Assembly (NCBI GenBank): GCA_964019425.1 | Contig: OZ025780.1 | Coordinates: 1-64,000, forward strand | Direction: 5' to 3' | DNA: 64,000 nucleotides | Source: Flectonema sp. DT1601 | Lineage: Eukaryota | Part shown: positions 11,545-23,463 of the stretch, one piece after another | Position numbering within the stretch: the stretch's first letter is position 1 | How the letters are laid out: each line of letters begins with the position of its first letter | Notes under the pieces: model-generated | What the model was told of the DNA's origin: nothing | Database searches by the model: none | The model's input: only the letters and a program-made list of their open reading frames with translations | Translations under genes and position numbers: made by a program

Positions 11545-11828
11545 TTTAAATTATTAAATTAATTTAAAGATGCAAGAATGCCTGGAAAGGCAGATAGGCA
11601 TAAACGAATCAATCGTAATGCACTATAAAAAAGATGGAAGAAACAAGTGGTCGTATTATACTATAGGCTCGACGAATCAATCATGTTGCACTATAATAAA
11701 ATAAATGGTAAGACTGCTCACATTAAGAACTGATAAGACAATGGATTGCTACATAGAAATTTGTATCATAAGAATAAAGTGGTGAACTACAGCGCTGATC
11801 CTGAGAGATTCCCATATTGGTGTTAGGG
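11543..11828 (-). repeat. Split direct repeat A1 (5' end) of element 1
   Basis: Copy of 6916-7201. The gag ATG straddles its inner border. Confidence 0.92.
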
Positions 11829-12028
11829 TTTGCGGGTTTGCGGGTTTGCGGGTTTGCGGGTTTGCGGGTTTGCGGGTTTGCGGGTTTGCGGGTTTGCGGG
11901 TTTGCGGGTTTGCAGGTTTGCGGGTTTGCGGGTTTGCGGGTTTGCGGGTTTGCGGGTTTGCGGGTTTGCGGGTTTGCGGGTTTGCGGGTTTGCGGGTTTG
12001 CGGGTTTGCGGGTTTGCGGGTTTGCGGG
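11829..12028 (+). repeat. About 25 units of GGGTTTGC between elements 1 and 2
   Basis: Directly visible, with one GCAGG variant. Confidence 0.98.
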
Positions 12029-12219
12029 GAACCGTGCGGCACTTACGTTGTTTAATTGTACTGGAGGGAAAAGAAATAAAGCAAAACAAGGGATAGAAAT
12101 GAATAAAGCAAGAACATTGTACAAAGTGAATTGTACCATTGGTTAAACTAATTTTCCTGTAGACAGAGCGAAAGAAAGGGTTAAGCCACAAGTACTAACA
12201 GTGCAAGATTTCCAAACAT

Positions 12220-14731
12220 TCACAACGGGGTAGCGTGGCGCCGCCTGACCGTGTCCTCGTGGTGAGGCTCGGCCGGGCGCGCGCCGTCACGCGCCACCTC
12301 CACATCGCGAGTGAAGAAAGCCCTAACCGCCAGTGTGACCTCTTCCCTGTGCTTTCGTGTTTTGATTTGTGTCGGATCGACCCGTGAAGGTAGGTCAGCT
12401 GGATTCAGTTGTGATCGTACATACTGCACCGAGAACGTGATCGCCCTCCTCTGCAACTCCAGCAAAGCGCTGATGACCGCGCCGTTCAGCTCTTGCGACC
12501 GAACCGACATACCCTTCCTGGCAACCCCTACCACCGGGGTGTTGTCAATCCAGATGGCTATCGTGCAACCATCCAGCTCCGGCGACATCTGCTGCATCGT
12601 CTTGCTGAATGCTAGACCCTCCAGGATGTTAATGTGCAGCATGCACTGTTCCGCATCCCAGGAGTCCCCCATCACCACTACCTCGGCCGTCACGTCGTTC
12701 ACAACGACTCCTCCCCATCCCATCTTCGAGGCATCGCGAAGACGGAGAACTTCTGCTCCGCCCCATCAGACGGAGCGAGCATCCGTCTCGAAGCCGTCGC
12801 ACCAGCCGCCCACTCCCTGTCGAAATAGAAACCGGAACATGGACTCTGTCCCCGACCAACTTCCTCCCGGCATTCAAATTGTTCGCCAAGCGCCGGAGGA
12901 ACTTCAATGCAAACCAGTATTTTCCCGGTGTCTCCCCGGCCACCGCCGAAGCGTGCATCAACCTTCCACCCATCGACTCAAGTTGCCCAGCCGTCACATT
13001 GTCCATGTCCACACCCTGCAGCTTCCGACATATCTTCGTCGATACCTTCACCTCCGACTCCCGATGGTCGAAGTCCACCCCCAAGAAAGTGTACTTCGTC
13101 TCCGCAGTAAAGCTGTCAGCTGGTTTCCAGGTTAAACAAAAGTCACCTGCAGCCGCATCGAGGTTCGCCGTAGCTGCAAGTACCATACCAGCCTCACCTG
13201 TATACCGGATGTTGTCTATGAAGACATCAACCAGTACACCCCGCACACGCCACTCCGGCAGGACGTAAGCAGGGTCGCCGGCAGCCGCCGCGGCCAGCGT
13301 GTGCATGACCTCCGGCGCACACACATGCCCCATCGGCAACCGACAAAGTTCAAACCACGAACCCCCTTCCGTCTGAAAGCGAAAGAAAGAACGCGCTTCT
13401 TCCGGAATCTCGATCGCATAAAATCCCGTGCGAAAGTCCCGGGTACTCCCACATTCCTCCCGAACCTGGTCTAAGTACCGAGAGATGTGGTGCAGAGGTA
13501 CTTGCGCAGTGTACCTCTCTTCCAACCAGCTGTTCGCATCCTTGGTCCACAAGATAAACCTCTGGCGCAAGCCCTCGGGTTTCTCCTCCAGCACCGTGAA
13601 TGGAACATTGTTCGCCTCACCCGGACCAGTTGCCTTCCGAGCAATGCCAAACGAAGCCAGTTCTCCAGCATGTTCCTCCGAAAATGCTGACCGTCCAGAC
13701 GACCGGCCCGCCTTCCCCACCTCCGGCGAGAACGTCATCTTCCACACCTCGTCAAACCGTCTCCGTGGCTCGACATCCAACCTCCTCCGCAATCCTACAA
13801 CATCCATCACGGGCACACCACTCACATGCAAGGGAGACGCCTTCTCCTCCCGAGTCGAAGGCAACCGCGTCCTCTTCCCCCGCCTCACCAGACTGTGCTG
13901 CGTTCCAATCCTCACAGCAGCTTCGTCGCATGCCAAGTCCCCAATGCCCTGGCAGTACTCACCGGGTTCGACGCATACCGGAGGGTTGTGGACGACACCC
14001 CTTCCCCGCCTTCTGTGTGCTTGAGAAGACGTGATACCAGGGACGTTGACGTCAACCTTCCTTCCTCTAGCGCCTGCATCAGGACGCCGGCCGCCCCTCG
14101 TTTCACCGAGTGCGCCGTGAAGCCCTTCATGACCGGGTCTCTCCGCCACAGATCCACCAGCCTTTCCGATGTGACAGCCGTCAGTTGTTCGAACGGAGAG
14201 AGCTCCCCCACCAACCGAGCGATCACCCCCACCAGATCGCCCTAGATCACCACCCATCTTGAGGGAACATACGGGTCCGCCCGACGATGCTTCGGTGTCA
14301 TCCCCCAATCGATGATCACCTCGTCCATCTCGATCAAGATGAACTGTTGGGAAGTCAGCTTCTGTACCTCTCCCCACCTTGACGCCGTCTTCCAGCACAC
14401 CAGAGCCGCCAACTTCACGTCTCGTGCTTGTTCGTTCGCCCACCGGACCAGCGTTTCCTTTCCGATCGGCTGAGCTTGCTTGACAGGAACCGCCGCCCCT
14501 TGTGCCCGGAGCGCGGCCGCCAAGCTGAGGAGCGGCTGCCGTTCCAACCCCAGGTGTCGGAACACACCGGACAGCGCTTTTGCGTAATTCAGCTGCCCCT
14601 GTGGTGTGACGCTCGTTGCCAACACGAACAGTGCCGCCGCCTCGGCCGTAACCGGTATGTGCTGAGCCGCCGCCCAACCTTGCAGCCTGCCCCACAGGTT
14701 GCGCCGTTTCTGTGAAGTCTCGGCCGCCCAC
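12220..14731 (-). pseudogene. RT-RNase H of element 2, frameshifted in the 12720-12830 interval
   Basis: RT motifs RDFRTGFYAI, RLPMGHVCAPE, VFIDNI and YTFLGV in ORF 12629-14731. The RNase H part (MGWGG, HINILEG, WIDN, NPADLPSR) is in a separate frame, 12220-12723. Confidence 0.88.
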
Positions 14732-14904
14732 ATTTGTGCGACCACACCGCCCAACCGTTCCAAGGCCTCGTCGAGGTTGACAGCCCCTTCCTGTGCCAAC
14801 GGCCGTTCCCCGGCCCCCGCCACGTGCTCCAGAACCACTTGCCCGAACACCGACGGCATCATCGCCCCCTTGTCGGCCAAATGTCCTTCCCTCATACTTT
14901 CCAT
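13912..14904 (-). pseudogene. Tyrosine recombinase of element 2, with an in-frame TAG at 14242-14244
   Basis: SRWGEV, HSVKRG, LKH and TTLRY motifs. WVVI* aligns with WAVIQ in element 3, suggesting CAG>TAG. Confidence 0.88.
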
Positions 14905-15375
14905 GTATGTTCTTCGTTGCTCCTAACGCACTTTTGGCTGCCCAGCATCTCCTGCTAAGCCCACCACGGTCTGCCTTCCGAATCCAGCCCCCCGAACCGG
15001 AACAACGACCCTTCGCCTCCTTCCAACCAGATCGGGTTTCACCCCCACTTCCGGCAGTACGACCTCTCTGACCCCCTGGCCAGACATGTCCACTCCCCGA
15101 AGCGTGGCCTCCCCCACCTGGCTGGGCAAGCTTGTTTTGTCCTTCCTTCGAGCTTCCGTTCCTGGAACTGAAATCCCTCCGAACCTCCGGCCGTCCCGAG
15201 CCTCGTCCACCCGAATCCGACCCGAGCCGCCCACATCGACCAACAACCCTCCAACCGGTTTGGGAAAGTCCACCACCCCAAGAGACACGACCCCTCCGAC
15301 CTGTTCCCGGTCGGGCATGTCTATCTCTCGGACCGGAACCCCTCCAACTCGGTTGGGAACCGCCAGAGCTGACCG

Positions 15376-17184
15376 TCAGTAGCCCTGGCCCCGACCGTTT
15401 TTTGCCTTTGGCTTTGGCTTTGGCGCCGATGATGCAATACTCTGACCCCCAAAGCCGGAATGTGTCTTCTTCCCTACCACCTTGTCCGCAGCTTTCCTCG
15501 CTGCCGCCGTTTCCGGAGTCAGGGTCTCCTCCTTGAGCTTATTTTCGTAACTCCTTGCAGCAGCTTCGCTTGCCTCTTGGTACTGGTAGTACTCAAGCAA
15601 CTTGAGGATTTCCAGCGAGGACTTCTCCGGTCCCGCCGTGACCACCGTAACTGCTAAAGCCGCTAGTCTCTTCGCGTTCTCCCGCGTCCACTGTGCCCTT
15701 CCCGAGTACCTCCTCGCGATCGCCCACTGCAGATTCTCGCGGTCCGTCGGGCCACCAGCAGCAAACCCAGCCCAGTTTTGCCGGTTACCAGCTGCCTCCG
15801 TCGAAGTCAGCTCGCTTCTCTCCCGATATTCCTCCCAGTGCCCCGGCAACCATCCATCTCCTCCGAGGCCAAACTCCCGGAGGTGACTCGCATCCCCCAG
15901 CGCCGCCGCGATCACCCGCTCCTGCTCCACCGCGATCACCACTCCCCTCTCAGAACCGCACAGGATCTTCATTCCGACCCGCCACTCCGGTCTCACGACT
16001 TCCTTCTGCCGTTTGCTATCCAAAATCTCCGAGATCTTCGAGACTGCCTCCGATAACAATGCATCCTTACCGCTATCAGAAGATGCCCCTACCGGCACTA
16101 CCGATGATTGTTGCTGTTGCTGTAGCTGCATCTGTTGCTGTAGTTGCATCTGTTGCTGCTGCTGTTGTTGCTGTTGTTGCAGTTGCGCCTTCAAATCTGC
16201 TAACTCCTTCGCCTGCTGATGGCCCTGGGCTAACATCATCTCACGGAACTCCGCCGACCCCGACCGCTCCTGGCTTCGCTGTTGCTGTTGCTGGGCCTGT
16301 TGTTTTGATACCGTCTGCCGAAGTCTCGCAAGCTCTTCGATACTCTTCTCGGAGATGCCTTGTTGCTCCGCCAGCTGTGCGCGGAGTTGGGTGACTTGTT
16401 TGTCGCTTCTCTGCTGTTGCCCCTTTTGCCTTCGGGACAATTCATCCTGCTGTCCCAGCAAGATGCTCTGGTGGTGTTGTTGTTCTTGCTGCTGCTTCTC
16501 CTGCTGCTCCAACCGTCCAACCTGCGATCGCACCACCGCCTCCACCGATCCTTGACGCTGAGCCACTTGCTGCAACGCCTGTCCCGTCTCCGCCTTCACT
16601 CCAGCCAAACGCCGATCCGCTCCCAGCGCGTACTCCTGGGTGGCTTGATAAAGCCCACCCAATCCTTCCTCCGAGGTCTGGTGCCTCGCTGCCAACCCGC
16701 GAAGCACTTCATCCGCCTCCACCGTAGTGACGTAGTCACTCATCGCCACGTCCATCGCCCCGTCGACGTCGTAAAAAGTTTCGCCCGTCGGAGGCGAAAG
16801 TAGCCGGACTTTGTTCGCGGATGTCGGGCCGTCCAAGTCCGACATCCCCACCAAAAACGTACTAAACTGCGTTGGCCTTTCTTCAGCCAACACAGTCAGC
16901 AAGACAAAGACACCCCGTGCCGATGCCCTGCCGATCACTGCCCTCTCGGTCTTCAAAAAACGAGCCAGCAGCTCGTCCGCAAACCACCTCTCACCACTCA
17001 TGTCGTCCGCCTTTTCAGACAGCATCCACCAGAACCTTCCTTCTGCTTCCGACATACCTATCGCCTTAAGCGCGGCTTCCTTCCGCGCTCTCAAATCTAC
17101 GTGGCCTTTTCTTGGGTGTGCCAACCCGGTGCCTTGCACCCACAACGACAGAAGACTCGTCGGCATCGAGAATTCATACGACAT
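15376..17184 (-). CDS. Gag-like ORF1 of element 2 (Gln-rich coiled coil); likely start MSYEFSMP
   Basis: Long ORF in the first position. The YEFSMPTSL..W motif matches the other two gags. The ORF track extends it to 17340 from an upstream GTG. Confidence 0.75.
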   Translation of the reverse strand: MSYEFSMPTSLLSLWVQGTGLAHPRKGHVDLRARKEAALKAIGMSEAEGRFWWMLSEKADDMSGERWFADELLARFLKTERAVIGRASARGVFVLLTVLAEERPTQFSTFLVGMSDLDGPTSANKVRLLSPPTGETFYDVDGAMDVAMSDYVTTVEADEVLRGLAARHQTSEEGLGGLYQATQEYALGADRRLAGVKAETGQALQQVAQRQGSVEAVVRSQVGRLEQQEKQQQEQQHHQSILLGQQDELSRRQKGQQQRSDKQVTQLRAQLAEQQGISEKSIEELARLRQTVSKQQAQQQQQRSQERSGSAEFREMMLAQGHQQAKELADLKAQLQQQQQQQQQQMQLQQQMQLQQQQQSSVVPVGASSDSGKDALLSEAVSKISEILDSKRQKEVVRPEWRVGMKILCGSERGVVIAVEQERVIAAALGDASHLREFGLGGDGWLPGHWEEYRERSELTSTEAAGNRQNWAGFAAGGPTDRENLQWAIARRYSGRAQWTRENAKRLAALAVTVVTAGPEKSSLEILKLLEYYQYQEASEAAARSYENKLKEETLTPETAAARKAADKVVGKKTHSGFGGQSIASSAPKPKPKAKNGRGQGY

Positions 17185-17563
17185 AATTTCAAACTTAAAT
17201 GTACAAGTATGAAAAAACCCTGTGATAAAGCGTAAAGAATGACAAAATGGAAAAGTAAAACGATGAAGAACTTTCTGATATATTGAGGGACACATTCCCA
17301 AGGATAACTTGTAATAATGCAAGCTTGTTTTATAACACACAGAATTTGCACATCTGAAACAATTGTTAAATGTAAAATGCCTTATCTAGAGACAGTGTCT
17401 GCAGCCAGGTCGGCGCAACACTTTTTGCCCATGATCGGACTCGTCTAAATTGAGGAAAAATGATCGAAGATGAGAACTCAAACTTCGTTGCACACTAGAG
17501 CAGAAAAGACAAAGGATGATATTACGTAATTTAAAACTGCCATTTGCAAGGTTCCCAAGGAAA

Positions 17564-17631
17564 GGTTTGCGGGTTTGCGGGTTTGCGGGTTTGCGGGTTT
17601 GCAGATTTGCGGGTTTGCGGGTTTGCGGGTT
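17564..17631 (+). repeat. Short GGGTTTGC array
   Basis: Directly visible. Confidence 0.95.
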
Positions 17632-20600
17632 TCTCCTATATAATTGTCAGCATTGGGGATATTTTGGGTTCTGAGGAAATCCACCAAGTCCTGGGCCAGG
17701 TACCCAGGCCAGGCCTCACCTAATTACACACTAATTCTTCTTTGCATTCCCGCAAGAAGGTCTGGTTCTAAGTGCAACATAAGTGTTGACTGGTGCCACG
17801 CATTACGGAAAGAAAGGTAGCGTTGCATATTGACCTGTGGCAAGTCGGCGCTACCAAATGACAGTCTGATGATCCACGGCGGGCGTTTGCAGAAAGAAAT
17901 TTGCCTTTGTCACGGAATTTTTTTTTTTTTTTTACCACTTTTTGCGCCACTCACCTCCAAAAAAACATGAGTAAATCTTTTTTTATGGTTATCTCTCGAT
18001 CTATCGGCCCCGAAAAGTCTTCACAAACTTCTGTGTGGAGAAAAAAGTTTTGCAGTTGTTTGCCAGTCAAAACTTACGCAGCACTGTAAGCTGGCCAGGC
18101 CTAGCTACTTCCGTACTGGGAATGAGGATTCTGTTTCTTCCTGCTGGCAGGCCTGGTGCTAAGTGCTACGTAATAGTGTCACGCATTACCGGAATAATAT
18201 TAGGTTGCTCAGAAGTGCTATGTAAGCGCCAGGCCTAGCTACTTCCGTACTGAGAATGAGGCTTCTGTTTCTTCCTGCTAGCAGGCCTGGTGCTAAGTGC
18301 TACGTAATAGTGTCACGCATTACAGGAATAATATTAGGTTGCTCAGAAGTGCTATGTAAGCTGGCCAGGCCTAGCTACTTCCGTACTGGGAATGAGGCTT
18401 CTGTTTCTTCCTGCTAGCAGGCCTGGTGCTAAGTGCTACGTAATAGTGTCACGCATTACAGGAATAATATTAGGTTGCTCAGAAGTGCTATGTAAGCGCC
18501 AGGCCTAGCTACTTCCGTACTGAGAATGAGGCTTCTGTTTCTTCCTGCTAGCAGGCCTGGTGCTAAGTGCTACGTAATAGTGTCACGCATTACAGGAATA
18601 ATATTAGGTTGCTCAGAAGTGCTATGTAAGCTGGCCAGGCCTAGCTACTTCCGTACTGGGAATGAGGCTTCTGTTTCTTCCTGCTAGCAGGCCTGGTGCT
18701 AAGTGCTACGTAATAGTGTCACGCATTACAGGAATAACATTAGGTTGCCCAGAAGTGCTATGTAAGCTGGCCAGGCCTAGCTACTTCCGTACTGGGAATG
18801 AGGCTTCTGTTTCTTCCCGCAAGCAGGCCTGGTGCTAAGTGCTACGTAAGTGTTGAATGGTGTCACGCATTACGGGAAGAAAGGTAGAGTGTTGCATGTT
18901 AACCTGTTGCAGGTTGGCACTACCAAATGACCTGATGACCCACGGGGGGGCGTTTGCGGAAAGAGAATTGCTGCTTTTGCAGTTATTTGCCTTTGTCACG
19001 GGATTTTTTTTTTTTTTTTTTTACTGCTTTTTGTGCCACTCACCTCCAAGAAATCATGGTTACACCTTTTTTATGGTTATCCCTTGGCCTATCGATCTCG
19101 AAAAGGCTTCACAAATCCCTGAGGAGAATAGGTTTTAGAGTTTTGGTGCCAAGCTGTCTCCTTTCATTTTTGCCACCTTTCTGCAATCAATGCTTATGTA
19201 GCACCCCTGAGCAAATTTTGGCTGCTAATTCTCTTCTTGCAAGCAAATTTTAGCTGCTTATTTCTTTCTTGCAGGCAAATTTTGGCTGCTAATTTTCTTC
19301 TTGCAAGCAAATTTTAGCTGCTGATTCTCTTCCCGCAAGCAAGTTTTAGCTGCTTATTTCTTTCTTGCAGGCAAATCTTAGCTGCTAATTTTCTTCCCGC
19401 AAGCAAATCTTAGCTGCTTATTTTCTTCCCGCAAGCAAATTTTAGCTGCTTATTTTCTTCCCGCAAGCAAATTTTAGCTTATTTTCTTCCCGCCTGCTTA
19501 CTTTTTTCCTGCAAACAAATTTAAGCTGCCAATTTTCCTCAGTAGGAAGTAAGTAAGATTTATTTTTGCCTAAGGAAAAATGCTGGATTTTTGTGCCCGA
19601 GCAGGTCTAAAAAAGAGTTGATCTATCCAAAAGTCTTCATAAATTCCTGTTAACCATTTTCTTAAAATATAAAAGTGATGAGAAAGAAATTTTGTTAGTA
19701 AGTGGTATGGTTTTGAAATTTAGGTGTATGGCTGCCAATTTAGTTAGCAAAAATTTTCTTTTTGAAATAATCTTTTCCTTCTTAATGAGTTTTGGGTTTT
19801 AGGTGCCAAGCTGTGAAAAAGCAATCTTTGATTTCATTTCTTTTTGGGTAAAGGGTCTTTCCTACACAAATAGTTTCAGAACTAACCATTCTTTACAAAA
19901 CCCAAAATGGCTGTAAACCGTCCAGTTCGACCTTGGGTGAGGGCATTTTTGTTTTTTCTTGATTCTTTTTCAGGAGGTTGGCCTTTATTAGTGGCTCCCC
20001 CCCCTTGGGGGGGGTTGGGGGGGGGGGCTGCGTTCCGCCATCCCATAGTTCTTCCCACATTTCTATTTTATTGGAAATAATGAACGATAACCTTATTAAT
20101 ATAACTAAATTCCTATATTCCCAGGGTCGCACACATTGCAGATACAGGTTCGATAAACCTGTTGTAAAATACTTCCAAATGTAACAAACAGATAACCTAA
20201 GCCACATATCCAATCATCATAAACCTAGCCGTCGTTTTCGTGCTAGCATATTAATATAACAACAACTACAGATATCTCTCAGAAAAACAAAGACAAAGGA
20301 CTTGATAAAACAGGGTGCAGTGTGCATTTTCAGCTAAGGGAGGACATTTTTCATTTGTCGTCCCGTTGGGACAGAAAAGTAATAAATAAATAAAAAATTG
20401 CGAAAAAAAAAAGAAATTGCTTATATATAACGTTTATTTATTTATTTTTATTTTATTTTTTTTTTTCATGTTTGATTATTTCCTCTTCATATTATTTTTT
20501 TTTTTTTTTTCTGCCTCTCCCTTAATCCTGTTTGTTTCTTTGAAACGAAAGTTCATTTGAATATTATTCCTTGGTCAGCATCTTTCATTGTCGCCCTTTT

Positions 20601-21292
20601 GGCCTGTTAAAAAAAAGAAAAAAAAAAAAAGAAAAGAAAGTTTACATCAGGAATAAGGCAGGAGCCAAAAGCTCCCAGTCCGTTACTTCCCACCTTTTCG
20701 AAAACTTATTTATAAATAAAAATTGCAGAAAAGTAATAATAATAAAAAGTTGCGATATCCCAGGGGCTGGGTGATCGCTGGTTCGACCCCCTGCCACTGC
20801 AATAACCCATCGCGCCCGTACACGCAATTAGTTCAAATCCCGCGCCCAAAGGGCGTCCAGGGTAGGCACCTGGTAGACTCCCCTACGTTAAGACTGGGGG
20901 GAAGGGAAAATGGAAGGATTTCCATAAAGAGGCTAAGAACACACAAATAAATAAATAAAAAAAAAAAAGAAAATCCCAGGGCTGCACAGCCGAGTGGATA
21001 CCTTAAATCTCTTCGGTAGCCGTGGCAAGGGTTCAATTCCCAGGCACGTTTTTTGTGTTTTTCAACCAGAAGAATTAGTAAGAAGAAAGTAGCAAGGAAA
21101 AGGGTACAAAATTGGACTTAACTTAACGCGAGCGAAGCGAGCGTAAAGTTAAGTTCAAATTTGTACCCTGGACGGGTACCTAGCCAGGGAATAAAAACAG
21201 ACATGACTTGGTTGTAAAAATAATGTTTGTTCAGAAAGCTTAAAAAAAAAAGTTGTGTGCGAGCAACGCGAGCCTGGAAGGGGTATCTCTAG
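17632..21292 (+). mobile_element. Non-autonomous Helitron-like unit, copy 1
   Basis: Starts TCTCCTATATAAT and ends ...GGGGTATCTCTAG. Removing it restores GCGGGTT^TGCGGG. No TSD and no RepHel ORF. Confidence 0.65.
18086..18850 (+). repeat. About 135-bp tandem minisatellite inside the Helitron-like unit (also 21775-22125 and 27960-29600)
   Basis: Repeating ccaggcctagctacttccgtactg...gctatgtaag with a 134-136 bp period. Copy number differs between units. Confidence 0.92.
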
Positions 21293-23019
21293 TGCGGGTT
21301 TCCCCTATATAATTGTCAGCATTGGGGATATTTTGGGTTCTGAGGAAATCCACCAAGCCCTGGGCCAGGTACCCAGGCCAGGCCTCACCTAATTACACAC
21401 TAATTCTTCTTTGCATTCCCGCAAGAAGGTCTGGTTCTAAGTGCAACATAAGTGTTGACTGGTGCCGCGCATTACGGAAAGAAAAGTAGCGTTGCATTGA
21501 CCTGTGGCAAGTCGGCGCTACCAAATGACAGTCTGATGATCCACGGCGGAAAGAAAATTGCTGTTATTTGCCTTTGTCACGGAATTTTTTTTTTTTTTTT
21601 TACCACTTTTTGTGCCACTCACCTCCAAAAAAACATGAGTACATCTTTTTTTATGGTTATCTCTCGGTCTATCGGCCCCGAAAAGTCTTCACAAATTTCT
21701 GGGTGGAGAAAAAAGTTTTGCAGTTGTTTGCCAGCCAAAACTTACGCAGCACCGAAGCTGGCCAGGCCTAGCTACTTCCGTACTGGGAATGAGGCTTCTG
21801 TTTCTTCCTGCTAGCAGGCCTGGTGCTAAGTGCTACGTAATAGTGTCACGCATTAATAGTGTCACGCATTACAGGGATAATATTAGGTTGCTCAGAAGTG
21901 CTATGTAAGCTGGCCAGGCCTAGCTACTTCCGTGCTGGGGATGAGGCTTCTGTTTCTTCCTGCTAGCAGGCCTGGTGCTAAGTGCTACGTAATAGTGTCA
22001 CGCATTACAGGAATAATATTAGGTCGCCCAGAAGTGCTATGTAAGCGCCAGGCCTAGCTACTTCCGTACTGAGAATGAGGCTTCTGTTTCTTCCCGCAAG
22101 CAGGCCTGGTACTAAGTGCTACGTAAGTGTTGAATGGTGTCACGCATTACGGGAAGAAAGGTAGAGTGTTGCATGTTAACCTGTTGCAGGTTGGCACTAC
22201 CAAATGACCTGATGACCCACGGGGGGGCGCTTGCGGAAAGAGAATTGCTGCTTTTGCAGTTATCTGCATTTGTCATGGGTTTTTTTTTTTTTTTTTTTTA
22301 CTGCTTTTTGTGCCACTCACCTCCAAGAAATCATGGTTACACTTTTTTTATGGTTATCCCTTGGCCTATCGATCTCGAAAAGGCTTCACAAATCCCTGAG
22401 GAGAATAGGTTTTAGAGTTTTGGTGCCAAGCTGTCTTTTTGTTATGGTTTAGACAATTTGGGTTTTAATAAATAATTCCTTTCATTTCTGCCACCTTTCT
22501 GCAATCAATGCTTATGTAGCACCCCTGAGCAAGTTTTGGCTGCTAATTTTCTTCCCGCAAGCAAATTTTAGCTGCTGATTCTCTTCCCGCAAGCAAATCT
22601 TAGCTGCTTATTTTCTTCCCGCAAGCAAATTTTAGCTGCTTATTTTCTTCCCGCAAGCAAATTTTAGCTGCTGATTCTCTTCCCGCAAGCAAATCTTAGC
22701 TGCTTATTTTCTTCCCGCAAGCAAATTTTGGCTGCTTATTTTCTTCCTGCAAGCAAATTTTGGCTGCTGATTCTCTTCCGGCAAGCAAATTTTAGCTGCT
22801 GATTCTCTTCCCGCAAGCAGATCTTAGCTGCTTATTTTCTTCCCGCAAGCAAATTTTGGCTGCTTATTTTCTTCCTGCAAGCAAATTTTAGCTGCTTATT
22901 TCCTTCCCGCAAGCAAATTTTGGCTGCTGATTCTCTTCCCGCAAGCAAATTTTGGCTGCTTATTTTCTTCCTGCAAGCAAATTTTAGCTGCTTATTTTCT
23001 TCCCGCAAGCAAATTTTAG

Positions 23020-23463
23020 TCAAAATTCCATTTAGGTAATTTGCCACCGAAACTGAGCACCAAACAAAAACCGCCGTCAGCGGGTTTTGAACCCTCGACC
23101 GCCATTCTTTCAGGCCGGCGTTCTATCAATTGAGCTATATAGCCACATAATCGCCGTTCCTTTTTATTTATATAGGTCAATGTCTCTATTAGTTTTCTTA
23201 CGATATCAAATATTTCTATCCCTTTATCAGTTCTCACACCCCTGTCTTCATCACAAGAAAACTTATATTTAAATTAAGTCCCACCCACCCTTCCCCCGCC
23301 GGTGTCCCGTCGAATCGAAACGGCCCGGTACAACCCCTACGCAGAAGTAATCTGCACCACAGTGTAGATTCTTCTTTGTGATCTCAGACTTGTTAACTGC
23401 ATGTTCATTCAATTAAGTATACTTCTCTTTCCCAGGTGCATACAGTATAGGAAGGCTAATTAC
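23020..23463 (+). mobile_element. Short non-autonomous element with termini related to YR element 3 (SIRE-like relationship)
   Basis: The 5' end aggtaatttgccacc..agcacc resembles aggtaattttccacc..agcacc, and the 3' end caggtgca..ggaaggctaattac resembles caggtgca..ggaaggacaattac. It interrupts a 32-bp minisatellite unit and is absent from copies 1 and 3. Confidence 0.65.
23072..23144 (-). pseudogene. tRNA-like segment (Pol III A/B boxes, possible GAA anticodon) inside the short element
   Basis: Minus strand GGCTATATAGCTCAATTGATAGAACGCCGGCCTGAAAGAATGGCGGTCGAGGGTTCAAAACCCG. The acceptor stem pairs poorly. Confidence 0.55.

Larger units (their letters stand above)
6608..11828 (-). mobile_element. 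YR retrotransposon 1 (VIPER/TATE-like order gag-YR-RT/RNaseH) with split direct repeats, inserted in the GGGTTTGC array
   Basis: Flanked on both sides by the 8-mer array. It carries gag-like, YR and RT-RNaseH ORFs and an A1...B1-A2-B2 repeat layout. Confidence 0.93.
12029..17560 (-). mobile_element. YR retrotransposon 2 (divergent family, same gene order, decayed), inserted at GGG of the array
   Basis: Junction tttgc-GGG-gaacc on the left and ggttcccaagg(aaagg)tttgc on the right. It carries gag, YR and RT-RNaseH homologues. No split direct repeats were seen. Confidence 0.9.
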
